From the human T2T-CHM13v2.0 reference genome, Homo sapiens: a stretch of 64,000 nucleotides of DNA. The stretch lies in the NCBI RefSeq assembly GCF_009914755.1, contig NC_060942.1. One strand, 5' to 3'. Below the pieces are notes generated by a model. The model did not search any database and was not told where the DNA came from. It saw nothing but the letters and a program-made list of their open reading frames with translations. A program made the position numbers and the translations under genes. The stretch's first letter is position 1. Each line of letters starts with the position of its first letter. Positions 13,090-27,200 of the stretch are shown here, piece after piece.

Positions 13090-15799
13090 CATTCTCAGAA
13101 ACTTGTTTGTGATGTGTGCCCTCTACTGACAGAGTTGAACCTTTCTTTTCATAGAGCATTTTTGAAACACTCTTTTTGTAGAATCTGCAAGAGGATATTT
13201 GCATAGCTTTGAGGATTTCGTGGGAAACGGGATTGTCTTCAGGTAAAATCTAGACAGAAGCATTCTCAGAAACTTCTTTGGGATGTTTGCATTCAAGTCA
13301 CAGAGTAGAACATTCCCTTTGGTAGAGCAGGTTTGAAACACTCTTTTTGTAGTATCTGGAAGTGGACATTTGGAGCGCTTTCAGGCCTATGTTGGAAAGG
13401 GAAATATCTTCCCGTAACAACTAGGCAGAAGCATTCTCAGAAACTTATTTGAGATGTGTGTACTCAACTAAGAGAATTGAACCACCGTTTTGAAGGAGCA
13501 GTTTTGAAACACTCTTTTTCTGGAATCTGCAAGAGGATATTTGCCTAGCCTTGAGGATTTCGTTGGAAACGGGATTGTCTTCAGATCAAATCTAGACAGA
13601 AGCATTCTCAGAAACTTCTTTGGGATGTTTGCATTCAAGTCACAGAGTAGAACATTCCCTTTGGTAGAGCAGGTTTGAAACACTCTTTTTTTAGTATATG
13701 GAAGTGGACATTTGGAGCGCTTTCAGGCCTACGTTGGAAAAGGAAATATCTTCCCATAACAACTAGACAGAAGCATTCTCAGAAACTAGTTTCTGATGTG
13801 TGTCCTCAACTAACACAGTTGAACATTTCTTTAGACAGAACAGTTTTGAAACACTCTTTTTGTGGAATCTGCAAGTGGCTATTTGGCAAGATTTGAGGAT
13901 TTCGTTGGAAACGGGATTACATATAAAAAGCAGACAGCAGCATTCTCAGAAAGTTCTTTGTGATGATTGCATTCAAGTCACAGAATTGAACATTCCCTTT
14001 CACAGAGCAGGTTTGAAACACTCTTTTTGTAGTGTGTGTAAGTGGACATTTGGAGCGCTTTCCGGCCTAAGGTGAACAAGGAAATATCTTCCCATAAAAA
14101 CTAGACAGAAGCATTCTCAGAAACTTACTCGTGATGTGTGTCCTCAACTAAAGGAGTAGAACCTTTCTTTTCATAGAGAAGTTTTGAAACGCTCTTTTTG
14201 TGGAATCTGCAAGTGGATATTTGGCTAGTTTGGAGGATTTCGTTGGAAGCGGGAATTCATACAAGATGCAGACTGCAGCGTTCTGAGAAACATCTTTGTG
14301 ATGTTTGTATTCAGGACACAGAGTTGAACATTCCCTATCATAGAGCAGGTTTGAATCACTCCTTTTGTAGTATCTGGAAGTGGACATTTGGAGCGCTTTC
14401 AGGCCTATGTTGGAAAAGGAAATATCTTCCCATAACAACTAGACAGAAGCATTCCCAAAAACTTATTTGAGATGTGTGTACTCAACTATGAGAATTGAAC
14501 CACCGTTTTGAAGGAGCAGTTTGGAAACACTCTTTTTCTGGAATCTGCAAGTGGATATTTGGCTAGCTTTGGGGATTTCGCTGGAAGCGGGAATACATAT
14601 AAAAAGCACACAGCAGCGTTCTGAGAAACTGCTTTCTGATGTTTGCATTCAAGTCAAAAGTTGAACACTCCCTTTCATAGAGCAGTCTTGAAACACCCCT
14701 TTTGTAGTATCTGGAACTGGACATTTGGAGCGCCTTCAGGGCTAAGGTGAAAAAGGAAATATCTTCCCATAAAAACTGGACAGAAGCATTCTCAGAAACT
14801 TGTTTATGCTGTATCTACTCAACTAACAAAGTTGAACCTTTCTTTTGATAGAGCAGTTTTGAAATGCTCTTTTTGTGGAATCTGCAAGTGGATATTTGGC
14901 TAGTTTGGAGGATTTCGTTGGAAGCGGGAATTCATACAAATTGCAGACTGCAGCGTTCTGAGAAACATCTTTGTGATGTTTGTATTCAGGACAGAGAGTT
15001 GAACATTCCCTATCATAGAGCAGGTTGGGATCACTCCTTTTGTAGTATCTGGAAGTGGACATTTGGAGCGCTTTCAGGCCTATGTTGAAAAAGGAAAAAT
15101 CTTCCCATAACAACTAGACAGAAGCATTCTCAGAAACTTATTTGAGATGTGTGTACTCAACTAAGAGAATTGAACCACCGTTTTGAAGGAGCAGTTTTGA
15201 AACTCTCTTTTTCTGGAATCTGCAAGTGGATATTTGGCTAGCTTTGGGGATTTCGCTGGAAGCGGGAATACATATAAAAAGCACACAGCAGCGTTCTGAG
15301 AAACTGCTTTCTGATGTTTGCATTCAAGTCAAAAGTTGAACACTCCCTTTCATAGAGCAGTCTTGAAACACCCCTTTTGTAGTATCTGGAACTGGACTTT
15401 TGGAGCGATTTCAGGGCTAAGGTGAAAAAGGAAATATCTTCCCATAAAAACTGGACAGAAGCATTCTCAGAAACTTGTTTATGCTGTATCTACTCAACTA
15501 ACAAAGTTGAACCTTTCTTTTGATAGAGCAGTTTTGAAATGGTCTTTTTGTGGAATCTGCAAGTGGATATTTGGCTAGTTTTGAGGATTTCGTTGGAAGC
15601 GGGAATTCATACAAATTGCAGACTGCAGCGTTCTGAGAAACATCTTTGTGATGTTTGTATTCAGGACACAGAGTTGAACATTCCCTATCATAGAGCAGGT
15701 TGGAATCACTCCTTTTGTAGTATCTGGAAGTGGACATTTGGAGCGCTTTCAGGCCTATTTTGGAAAGGGAAATATCTTCCCGTAACAACTATGCAGAAG
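13090..15799 (+). repeat. 16-mer HOR variant ABCDEFEF (2710 bp)
   Basis: E dimer occurs at 14450 and again at 15125; 2710 = 2035 + 675. Confidence 0.9.
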
Positions 15800-18700
15800 C
15801 ATTCTCAGAAACTTGTTTGTGATGTGTGCCCTCTACTGACAGAGTTGAACCTTTCTTTTCATAGAGCAGTTTTGAAACACTCTTTTTGTAGAATCTGCAA
15901 GAGGATATTTGCATAGCTTTGAGGATTTCGTGGGAAACGGGATTGTCTTCAGGTAAAATCTAGACAGAAGCATTCTCAGAAACTTCTTTGGGATGTTTGC
16001 ATTCAAGTCACAGAGTAGAACATTCCCTTTGGTAGAGCAGGTTTGAAACACTCTTTTTGTAGTATCTGGAAGTGGACATTTGGAGCGCTTTCAGGCCCAT
16101 GTTGGAAAGGGAAATATCTTCCCGTAACAACTAGGCAGAAGCATTCTCAGAAACTTATTTGAGATGTGTGTACTCAACTAAGAGAATTGAACCACCGTTT
16201 TGAAGGAGCAGTTTTGAAACACTCTTTTTCTGGAATCTGCAAGAGTATATTTGCCTAGCCTTGAGGATTTCGTTGGAAACGGGATTGTCTTCAGAGAAAA
16301 TCTAGACAGAAGCATTCTCAGAAACTTCTTTGGGATGCTTGCATTCCAGTCACAGAGTAGAACATTCCCTTTGGTAGAGCAGGTTTGAAACACTCTTTTT
16401 TTAGTATCTGGAAGTGGACATTTGGAGCGCTTTCAGGCCTACGTTGGAAAAGGAAATATCTTCCCATAACAACTAGACAGAAGCATTCTCAGAAACTAGT
16501 TTCTGATGTGTGTCCTCAACTAACACAGTTGAACATTTCTTTAGACAGAACAGTTTTGAAACACTCTTTTTGTGGAATCTGCAAGTGGCTATTTGGCTAG
16601 ATTTGAGGATTTCGTTGGAAACGGGATTACATATAAAAAGCAGTCAGCAGCATTCTCAGAAAGTTCTTTGTGATGATTGCATTCAAGTCACAGAATTGAA
16701 CATTCCCTTTCACAGAGCAGGTTTGAAACACTCTTTTTGTAGTGTGTGTAAGTGGACATTTGGAGCACTTACCGGCCTAAGGTGAAAAAGGAAATATCTT
16801 CCCATAAAAACTAGACAGAAGCATTCTCAGAAACTTACTCGTGATCTGTGTCCTCAACTAAATGAGTAGAACCTTTCTTTTCATAGAGAAGTTTTGAAAC
16901 GCTCTTTTTGTGGAATCTGCAAGTGGATATTTGGCTAGTTTTGAGGATTTCGTTGGAAGCGGGAATTCATACAAATTGCAGACTGCAGCGTTCTGAGAAA
17001 CATCTTTGTGATGTTTGTATTCAGGACACAGAGTTGAACATTCCCTATCATAGAGCAGGTTGGAATCACTCCTTTTGTAGTATCTGGAAGTGGACATTTG
17101 GAGCGCTTTCAGGCCTATGTTGGAAAAGGAAATATCTTCCCATAACAACTAGACAGAAGCATTCTCAGAAACTTATTTGAGATGTGTGTACTCAACTAAG
17201 AGAATTGAACCACCGTTTTGAAGGAGCAGTTTTGAAACTCTCTTTTTCTGGAATCTGCAAGTGGATATTTGGCTAGCTTTGGGGATTTCGCTGGAAGCGG
17301 GAATACATATAAAAAGCACACAGCAGCGTTCTGAGAAACTGCTTTCTGATGTTTGCATTCAAGTCAAAAGTTGAACACTCCCTTTCATAGAGCAGTCTTG
17401 AAACACCCGTTTTGTAGTATCTGGAACTGGACTTTTGGAGCGATTTCAGGGCTAAGGTGAAAAAGGAAATATCTTCCCATAAAAACTGGACAGAAGCATT
17501 CTCAGAAACTTGTTTATGCTGTAACTACTCAACTAACAAAGTTGAACCTTTCTTTTGATAGAGCAGTTTTGAAATGGTCTTTTTGTGGAATCTGCAAGTG
17601 GATATTTGGCTAGTTTTGAGGATTTCGTTGGAAGCGGGAATTCATACAAATTGCAGACTGCAGCGTTCTGAGAAACATCTTTGTGATGTTTGTATTCAGG
17701 ACACAGAGTTGAACATTCCCTATCATAGAGCAGGTTGGAATCACTCCTTTTGTAGTATCTGGAAGTGGACATTTGGAGCGCTTTCAGGCCTATTTTGGAA
17801 AGGGAAATATCTTCCCGTAACAACTATGCAGAAGCATTCTCAGAAACTTGTTTGTGATGTGTGCCCTCTACTGACAGAGTTGAACCTTTCTTTTCATAGA
17901 GCAGTTTTGAAACACTCTTTTTGTAGAATCTGCAAGAGGATATTTGCATAGCTTTGAGGATTTCGTGGGAAACGGGATTGTCTTCAGGTAAAATCTAGAC
18001 AGAAGCATTCTCAGAAACTTCTTTGGGATGTTTGCATTCAAGTCACAGAGTAGAACATTCCCTTTGGTAGAGCAGGTTTGAAACACTCTTTTTGTAGTAT
18101 CTGGAAGTGGACATTTGGAGCGCTTTCAGGCCCATGTTGGAAAGGGAAATATCTTCCCGTAACAACTAGGCAGAAGCATTCTCAGAAACTTATTTGAGAT
18201 GTGTGTACTCAACTAAGAGAATTGAACCACCGTTTTGAAGGAGCAGTTTTGAAACACTCTTTTTCTGGAATCTGCAAGAGTATATTTGCCTAGCCTTGAG
18301 GATTTCGTTGGAAACGGGATTGTCTTCAGAGAAAATCTAGACAGAAGCATTCTCAGAAACTTCTTTGGGATGCTTGCATTCCAGTCACAGAGTAGAACAT
18401 TCCCTTTGGTAGAGCAGGTTTGAAACACTCTTTTTTTAGTATCTGGAAGTGGACATTTGGAGCGCTTTCAGGCCTACGTTGGAAAAGGAAATATCTTCCC
18501 ATAACAACTAGACAGAAGCATTCTCAGAAACTAGTTTCTGATGTGTGTCCTCAACTAACACAGTTGAACATTTCTTTAGACAGAACAGTTTTGAAACACT
18601 CTTTTTGTGGAATCTGCAAGTGGCTATTTGGCTAGATTTGAGGATTTCGTTGGAAACGGGATTACATATAAAAAGCAGTCAGCAGCATTCTCAGAAAGTT

Positions 18701-19868
18701 CTTTGTGATGATTGCATTCAAGTCACAGAATTGAACATTCCCTTTCACAGAGCAGGTTTGAAACACTCTTTTTGTAGTGTGTGTAAGTGGACATTTGGAG
18801 CACTTACCGGCCTAAGGTGAAAAAGGAAATATCTTCCCATAAAAACTAGACAGAAGCATTCTCAGAAACTTACTCGTGATGTGTGTCCTCAACTAAAGGA
18901 GTAGAACCTTTCTTTTCATAGAGAAGTTTTGAAACGCTCTTTTTGTGGAATCTGCAAGTGGATATTTGGCTAGTTTTGAGGATTTCGTTGGAAGCGGGAA
19001 TTCATACAAATTGCAGACTGCAGCGTTCTGAGAAACATCTTTGTGATGTTTGTATTCAGGACACAGAGTTGAACATTCCCTATCATAGAGCAGGTTTGAA
19101 TCACTCCTTTTGTAGTATCTGGAAGTGGACATTTGGAGCGCTTTCAGGCCTATGTTGGAAAAGGAAATATCTTCCCATAACAACTAGACAGAAGCATTCT
19201 CAGAAACTTATTTGAGATGTGTGTACTCAACTAAGAGAATTGAACCACCGTTTGAAGGAGCAGTTTTGAAACTCTCTTTTTCTGGAATCTGCAAGTGGAT
19301 ATTTGGCTAGCTTTGGGGATTTCGCTGGAAGCGGGAATACATATAAAAAGCACACAGCAGCGTTCTGAGAAACTGCTTTCTGATGTTTGCATTCAAGTCA
19401 AAAGTTGAACACTCCCTTTCATAGAGCAGTCCTGAAACACCCCTTTTGTAGTATCTGGAACTGGACTTTTGGAGCGATTTCAGGGCTAAGGTGAAAAAGG
19501 AAATATCTTCCCATAAAAACTGGACAGAAGCATTCTCAGAAACTTGTTTATGCTGTATCTACTCAACTAACAAAGTTGAACCTTTCTTTTGATAGAGCAG
19601 TTTTGAAATGGTCTTTTTGTGGAATCTGCAAGTGGATATTTGGCTAGTTTTGAGGATTTCGTTGGAAGCGGGAATTCATACAAATTGCAGACTGCAGCGT
19701 TCTGAGAAACATCTTTGTGATGTTTGTATTCAGGACACAGAGTTGAACATTCCCTATCATAGAGCAGGTTGGAATCACTCCTTTTGTAGTATCTGGAAGT
19801 GGACATTTGGAGCGCTTTCAGGCCTATTTTGGAAAGGGAAATATCTTCCCGTAACAACTATGCAGAAG
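15800..19868 (+). repeat. Two canonical 12-mer units
   Basis: Spacing is 2035 and 2034 (1-bp deletion near 19251). Both B dimers share the private variant gatgcttgcattccag. Confidence 0.9.
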
Positions 19869-21223
19869 CATTCTCAGAAACTTGTTTGTGATGTGTGCCC
19901 TCTACTGACAGAGTTGAACCTTTCTTTTCATAGAGCAGTTTTGAAACACTCTTTTTGTAGAATCTGCAAGAGGATATTTGCATAGCTTTGAGGATTTCGT
20001 TGGAAACGGGATTGTCTTCAGGTAAAATCTAGACAGAAGCATTCTCAGAAACTTCTTTGGGATGTTTGCATTCAAGTCACAGAGTAGAACATTCCCTTTG
20101 GTAGAGCAGGTTTGAAACACTCTTTTTGTAGTATCTGGAAGTGGACATTTGGAGCGCTTTCAGGCCCATGTTGGAAAGGGAAATATCTTCCCGTAACAAC
20201 TAGGCAGAAGCATTCTCAGAAACTTATTTGAGATGTGTGTACTCAACTAAGAGAATTGAACCACCGTTTTGAAGGAGCAGTTTTGAAACACTCTTTTTCT
20301 GGAATCTGCAAGAGTATATTTGCCTAGCCTTGAGGATTTCGTTGGAAACGGGATTGTCTTCAGAGAAAATCTAGACAGAAGCATTCTCAGAAACTTCTTT
20401 GGGATGTTTGCATTCAAGTCACAGAGTAGAACATTCCCTTTGGTAGAGCAGGTTTGAAACACTCTTTTTTTAGTATATGGAAGTGGACATTTGGAGCGCT
20501 TTCAGGCCTACGTTGGAAAAGGAAATATCTTCCCATAACAACTAGACAGAAGCATTCTCAGAAACTAGTTTCTGATGTGTGTCCTCAACTAACACAGTTG
20601 AACATTTCTTTAGACAGAACAGTTTTGAAACACTCTTTTTGTGGAATCTGCAAGTGGCTATTTGGCTAGATTTCAGGATTTCGTTGGAAACGGGATTACA
20701 TATAAAAAGCAGTCAGCAGCATTCTCAGAAAGTTCTTTGTGATGATTGCATTCAAGTCACAGAATTGAACATTCCCTTTCACAGAGCAGGTTTGAAACAC
20801 TCTTTTTGTAGTGTGTGTAAGTGGACATTTGGAGCACTTACCGGCCTAAGGTGAAAAAGGAAATATCTTCCCATAAAAACTAGACAGAAGCATTCTCAGA
20901 AACTTACTTGTGATGTGTGTCCTCAACTAAAGGAGTAGAACCTTTCTTTTCATAGAGAAGTTTTGAAACGCTCTTTTTGTGGAATCTGCAAGTGGATATT
21001 TGGCTAGTTTTGAGGATTTCGTTGGAAGCGGGAATTCATACAAATTGCAGACTGCAGCGTTCTGAGAAACATCTTTGTGATGTTTGTATTCAGGACACAG
21101 AGATGAACATTCCCTATCATAGAGCAGGTTGGAATCACTCCTTTTGTAGTATCTGGGACATTTGGAGCGCTTTCAGGCCTATGTTGAAAAAGGAAATATC
21201 TTCCCATAACAACTAGACACAAG
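19869..21223 (+). repeat. 8-mer HOR variant ABC(D/F) (1355 bp)
   Basis: D runs directly into A with an F-type end (tgttgaaaaagg...agacacaagc). There is a 5-bp deletion atctgggaca at about 21155. Confidence 0.9.
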
Positions 21224-24200
21224 CATTCTCAGAAACTTGTTTGTGATGTGTGCCCTCTACTGACAGAGTTGAACCTTTCTTTTCATAGAGCAGTTTTGAA
21301 ACACTCTTTTTGTAGAATCTGCAAGACGATATTTGCATAGCTTTGAGGATTTCGTGGGAAACCGGATTGTCTTCAGGTAAAATCTAGACAGAAGCATTCT
21401 CAGAAACTTCTTTGGGATGTTTGCATTCAAGTCACAGAGTAGAACATTCCCTTTGGTAGAGCAGGTTTGAAACACTCTTTTTGTAGTATCTGGAAGTGGA
21501 CATTTGGAGCGCTTTCAGGCCCATGTTGGAAAGGGAAATATCTTCCCGTAACAACTAGGCAGAAGCATTCTCAGAAACTTATTTGAGATGTGTGTACTCA
21601 ACTAAGAGAATTGAACCACCGTTTTGAAGGAGCAGTTTTGAAACACTCTTTTTCTGGAATCTGCAAGAGTATATTTGCCTAGCCTTGAGGATTTCGTTGG
21701 AAACGGGATTGTCTTCAGATAAAATCTAGACAGAAGCATTCTCAGAAACTTCTTTGGGATGTTTGCATTCAAGTCACAGAGTAGAACATTCCCTTTGGTA
21801 GAGCAGGTTTGAAACACTCTTTTTTTAGTATATGGAAGTGGACATTTGGAGCGCTTTCAGGCCTACGTTGGAAAAGGAAATATCTTCCCATAACAACTAG
21901 ACAGAAGCATTCTCAGAAACTAGTTTCTGATGTGTGTCCTCAACTAACACAGTTGTACATTTCTTTAGACAGAACAGTTTTGAAACACTCTTTTTGTGGA
22001 ATCTGCAAGTGGCTATTTGGCTAGATTTGAGGATTTCGTTGGAAACGGGATTACATATAAAAAGCAGACAGCAGCATTCTCAGAAAGTTCTTTGTGATGA
22101 TTGCATTCAAGTCACAAAATTGAACATTCCCTTTCACAGAGCAGGTTTGAAACACTCTTTTTGTAGTGTGTGTAAGTGGACATTTGGAGCACTTTCCGGC
22201 CTAAGGTGAAAAAGGAAATATCTTCCCATAAAAACTAGACAGAAGCATTCTCAGAAACTTACTCGTGATGTGTGTCCTCAACTAAAGGAGTAGAACCTTT
22301 CTTTTCATAGAGAAGTTTTGAAACGCTCTTTTTGTGGAATCTGCAAGTGGATATTTGGCTAGTTTGGAGGATTTCGTTGGAAGCGGGAATTCATACAAAT
22401 TGCAGACTGCAGCGTTCTGAGAAACATCTTTGTGATGTTTGTATTCAGGACACAGAGTTGAACATTCCCTATCATAGAGCAGGTTTGAATCACTCCTTTT
22501 GTAGTATCTGGAAGTGGACATTTGGAGCGCTTTCAGGCCTATGTTGGAAAAGGAAATATCTTCCCATAACAACTAGACAGAAGCATTCTCAGAAACTTAT
22601 TTGAGATGTGTGTACTCAACTAATAGAATTGAACGACCGTTTTGAAGGAGCAGTTTTGAAACACTCTTTTTCTGGAATCTGCAAGTGGATATTTGGCTAG
22701 CTTTGGGGATTTCGCTGGAAGCGGGAATACATATAAAAAGCACACAGCAGCGTTCTGAGAAACTGCTTTCTGATGTTTGCATTCAAGTCAAAAGTTGAAC
22801 ACTCCCTTTCATAGAGCAGTCCTGAAACACTCCTTTTGTAGTATCTGGAACTGGACTTTTGGAGCGCTTTCAGGGCTAAGGTGAAAAAGGAAATATCTTC
22901 CCATAAAAACTGGACAGAAGCATTCTCAGAAACTTGTTTATGCTGTATCTACTCTACTAAAAAAGTTGAACCTTTCTTTTGATAGAGCAGTTTTGAAATG
23001 CTCTTTTTGTGGAATCTGCAAGTGGATATTTGGCTAGATTTGAGGATTTCGTTGGAAGCTGGAATACATACAAATTGCAGACTGCAGCGTTCTGAGAAAC
23101 ATCTTTGTGATGTTTGTATTCAGGACACAGAGTTGAACATTCCCTATCATAGAGCAGGTTGGAATCACTCCTTTTGTAGTATCTGGAAGTGGACATTTGG
23201 AGCGCTTTCAGGCCTATGTTGAAAAAGGAAATATCTTCCCATAACAACTAGACACAAGCATTCTCAGAAACTTGTTTGTGATGTGTGCCCTCTACTGACA
23301 GAGTTGAACCTTTCTTTTCATAGAGCAGTTTTGAAACACTCTTTTTGTAGAATCTGCAAGAGGATATTTGCATAGCTTTGAGGATTTCGTGGGAAACGGG
23401 ATTGTCTTCAGGTAAAATCTAGACAGAAGCATTCTCAGAAACTTCTTTGGGATGTTTGCATTCAAGTCACAGAGTAGAACATTCCCTTTGGTAGAGCAGG
23501 TTTGAAACACTCTTTTTGTAGTATCTGGAAGTGGACATTTGGAGCGCTTTCAGGCCTATGTTGGAAAGGGAAATATCTTCCCGTAACAACTAGGCAGAAG
23601 CATTCTCAGAAACTTATTTGAGATGTGTGTACTCAACTAAGAGAATTGAACCACCGTTTTGAAGGAGCAGTTTTGAAACACTCTTTTTCTGGAATCTGCA
23701 AGAGGATATTTGCCTAGCCTTGAGGATTTCGTTGGAAACGGGATTGTCTTCAGATCAAATCTAGACAGAAGCATTCTCAGAAACTTCTTTGGGATGTTTG
23801 CATTCAAGTCACAGAGTAGAACATTCCCTTTGGTAGAGCAGGTTTGAAACACTCTTTTTTTAGTATATGGAAGTGGACATTTGGAGCGCTTTCAGGCCTA
23901 CGTTGGAAAAGGAAATATCTTCCCATAACAACTAGACAGAAGCATTCTCAGAAACTAGTTTCTGATGTGTGTCCTCAACTAACACAGTTGAACATTTCTT
24001 TAGACAGAACAGTTTTGAAACACTCTTTTTGTGGTATCTGCAAGTGGCTATTTGGCTAGATTTGAGGATTTCGTTGGAAACGGGATTACATATAAAAAGC
24101 AGACAGCAGCATTCTCAGAAACTTCTTTGTGATGATTGCATTCAAGTCACAGTATTGAACATTCCCTTTCACAGAGCAGGTTTGAAACACTCTTTGTATA

Positions 24201-27200
24201 GTGTGTGTAAGTGGACATTTGGAGCACTTTCCGGCCTAAGGTGAAAAAGGAAATATCTTCCCATAAAAACTAGACAGAAGCATTCTCAGAAACTTACTCG
24301 TGATGTGTGTCCTCAACTAAAGGAGTAGAACCTTTGTTTTCATAGAGAAGTTTTGAAACGCTCTTTTTGTGGAATCTGCAAGTGGATATTTGGCTAGTTT
24401 GGAGGATTTCGTTGGAAGCGGGAATTCATACAAATTGCAGACTGCAGCGTTCTGAGAAACATCTTTGTGATGTTTGTATTCAGGACACAGAGTTGAACAT
24501 TCCCTATCATAGAGCAGGTTTGAATCACTCCTTTTGTAGTATCTGGAAGTGGACATTTGGAGCGCTTTCAGGCCTATGTTGGAAAAGGAAATATCTTCCC
24601 ATAACAACTAGACAGAAGCATTCTCAGAAACTTATTTGAGATGTGTGTACTCAACTAAGAGAATTGAACCACCGTTTTAAAGGAGCAGTTTTGAAACACT
24701 CTTTTTCTGGAATCTGCAAGTGGATATTTGGCTAGCTTTGGGGATTTCGCTGGAAGCGGGAATACATATAAAAAGCACACAGCAGCGTTCTGAGAAACTG
24801 CTTTCTGATGTTTGCATTCAAGTCAAAAGTTGAACACTCCCTTTCATAGAGCAGTCCTGAAACACTCCTTTTGTAGTATCTGGAACTGGACTTTTGGAGC
24901 GCTTTCAGGGCTAAGGTGAAAAAGGAAATATCTTCCCATAAAAACTGGACAGAAGCATTCTCAGAAACTTGTTTATGCTGTATCTACTCAACTAACAAAG
25001 TTGAACATTTCTTTTGATAGAGCAGTTTTGAAATGCTCTTTTTGTGGAATCTGCAAGTGGATATTTGGCTAGTTTTGAGGATTTCGTTGGAAGCGGGAAT
25101 TCATACAAATTGCAGACTGCAGCGTTCTGAGAAACATCTTTGTGATGTTTGTATTCAGGACAGAGAGTTGAACATTCCCTATCATAGAGCAGGTTGGAAT
25201 CACTCCTTTTGTAGTATCTGGAAGTGGACATTTGGAGCGCTTTCAGGCCTATGTTGAAAAAGGAAATATCTTCCCATAACAACTAGACACAAGCATTCTC
25301 AGAAACTTGTTTGTGATGTGTGCCCTCTACTGACAGAGTTGAACCTTTCTTTTCATAGAGCAGTTTTGAAACACTCTTTTTGTAGAATCTGCAAGAGGAT
25401 ATTTGCATAGCTTTGAGGATTACGTGGGAAACGGGATTGTCTTCAGGTAAAATCTAGACAGAAGCATTCTCAGAAACTTCTTTGGGATGTTTGCATTCAA
25501 GTCACAGAGTAGAACATTCCCTTTGGTAGAGTAGGTTTGAAACACTCTTTTTGTAGTATTTGGAAGTGGACATTTGGAGCGCTTTCAGGCCTATGTTGGA
25601 AAGGGAAATATCTACCCGTAACAACTAGGCAGAAGCATTCTCAGAAACTTATTTGAGATGTGTGTACTCAACTAAGAGAATTGAATCACCGTTTTGAAGG
25701 AGCAGTTTTGAAACACTCTTTTTCTGCAATCTGCAAGAGGATATTTGCCTAGCCTTGAGGATTTCGTTGGAAACGGGATTGTCTTCAGATCAAATCTAGA
25801 CAGAAGCATTCTCAGAAACTTCTTTGGGATGTTTGCATTCAAGTCACAGAGTAGAACATTCCCTTTGGTAGAGCAGGTTTGAAACACTCTTTTTTTAGTA
25901 TATGGAAGTGGACATTTGGAGCGCTTTCAGGCCTACGTTGGAAAAGGAAATATCTTCCCATAACAACTAGACAGAAGCATTCTCAGAAACTAGTTTCTGA
26001 TGTGTGTCCTCAACTAACACAGTTGAACATTTCTTTAGACAGAACAGTTTTGAAACACTCTTTTTGTGGAATCTGCAAGTGGCTATTTGGCTAGATTTGA
26101 GGATTTCGTTGGAAACGGGATTACATATAAAAAGCAGACAGCAGCATTCTCAGAAAGTTCTTTGTGATGATTGCATTCAAGTCACAGAATTGAACATTCC
26201 CTTTCACAGAGCAGGTTTGAAACACTCTTTTTGTAGTGTGTGTAAGTGGACATTTGGAGCACTTTCCGGCCTAAGGTGAAAAAGGGAATATCTTCCCATA
26301 AAAACTAGACAGAAGCATTCTCAGAAACTTACTCGTGATGTGTGTCCTCAACTAAAGGAGTAGAACCTTTGTTTTCATAGAGAAGTTTGGAAACGTTCTT
26401 TTTGTGGAATCTGCAAGTGGATATTTGGCTAGTTTGGAGGATTTCGTTGGAAGCGGGAATTCATACAAATTGCAGACTGCAGCGTTCTGAGAAACATCTT
26501 TGTGATGTTTGTATTCAGGACACAGAGTTGAACATTCCCTATCATAGAGCAGGTTGGAATCACTCCTTTTGCAGTATCTGGAAGTGGACATTTGGAGCGC
26601 TTTCAGGCCTATGTTGGAAAAGGAAATATCTTCCCATAACAACTAGACAGAAGCATTCTCAGAAACTTATTTGAGATGTGTGTACTCAACTAAGAGAATT
26701 GAACCACCGTTTTGAAGGAGCAGTTTTGAAACACTCTTTTTCTGGAATCTGCAAGTGGATATTTGGCTAGCTTTGGGGATTTCGCTGGAAGCGGGAATAC
26801 ATATAAAAAGCACACAGCAGCGTTCTGAGAAACTGCTTTCTGATGTTTGCATTCAAGTCAAAAGTTGAACACTCCCTTTCATAGAGCAGTCCTGAAACAC
26901 TCCTTTTGTAGTATCTGGAACTGGACTTTTGGAGCGCTTTCAGGGCTAAGGTGAAAAAGGAAATATCTTCCCATAAAAACTGGACAGAAGCATTCTCAGA
27001 AACTTGTTTATGCTGTATCTACTCTACTAACAAAGTTGAACCTTTCTTTTGATAGAGCAGTTTTGAAATGCTCTTTTTGTGGAATCTGCAAGTGGATATT
27101 TGGCTAGTTTTGAGGATTTCGTTGGAAGCGGGAATTCATACAAATTGCAGACTGCAGCGTTCTGAGAAACATCTTTGTGATGTTTGTATTCAGGACAGAG

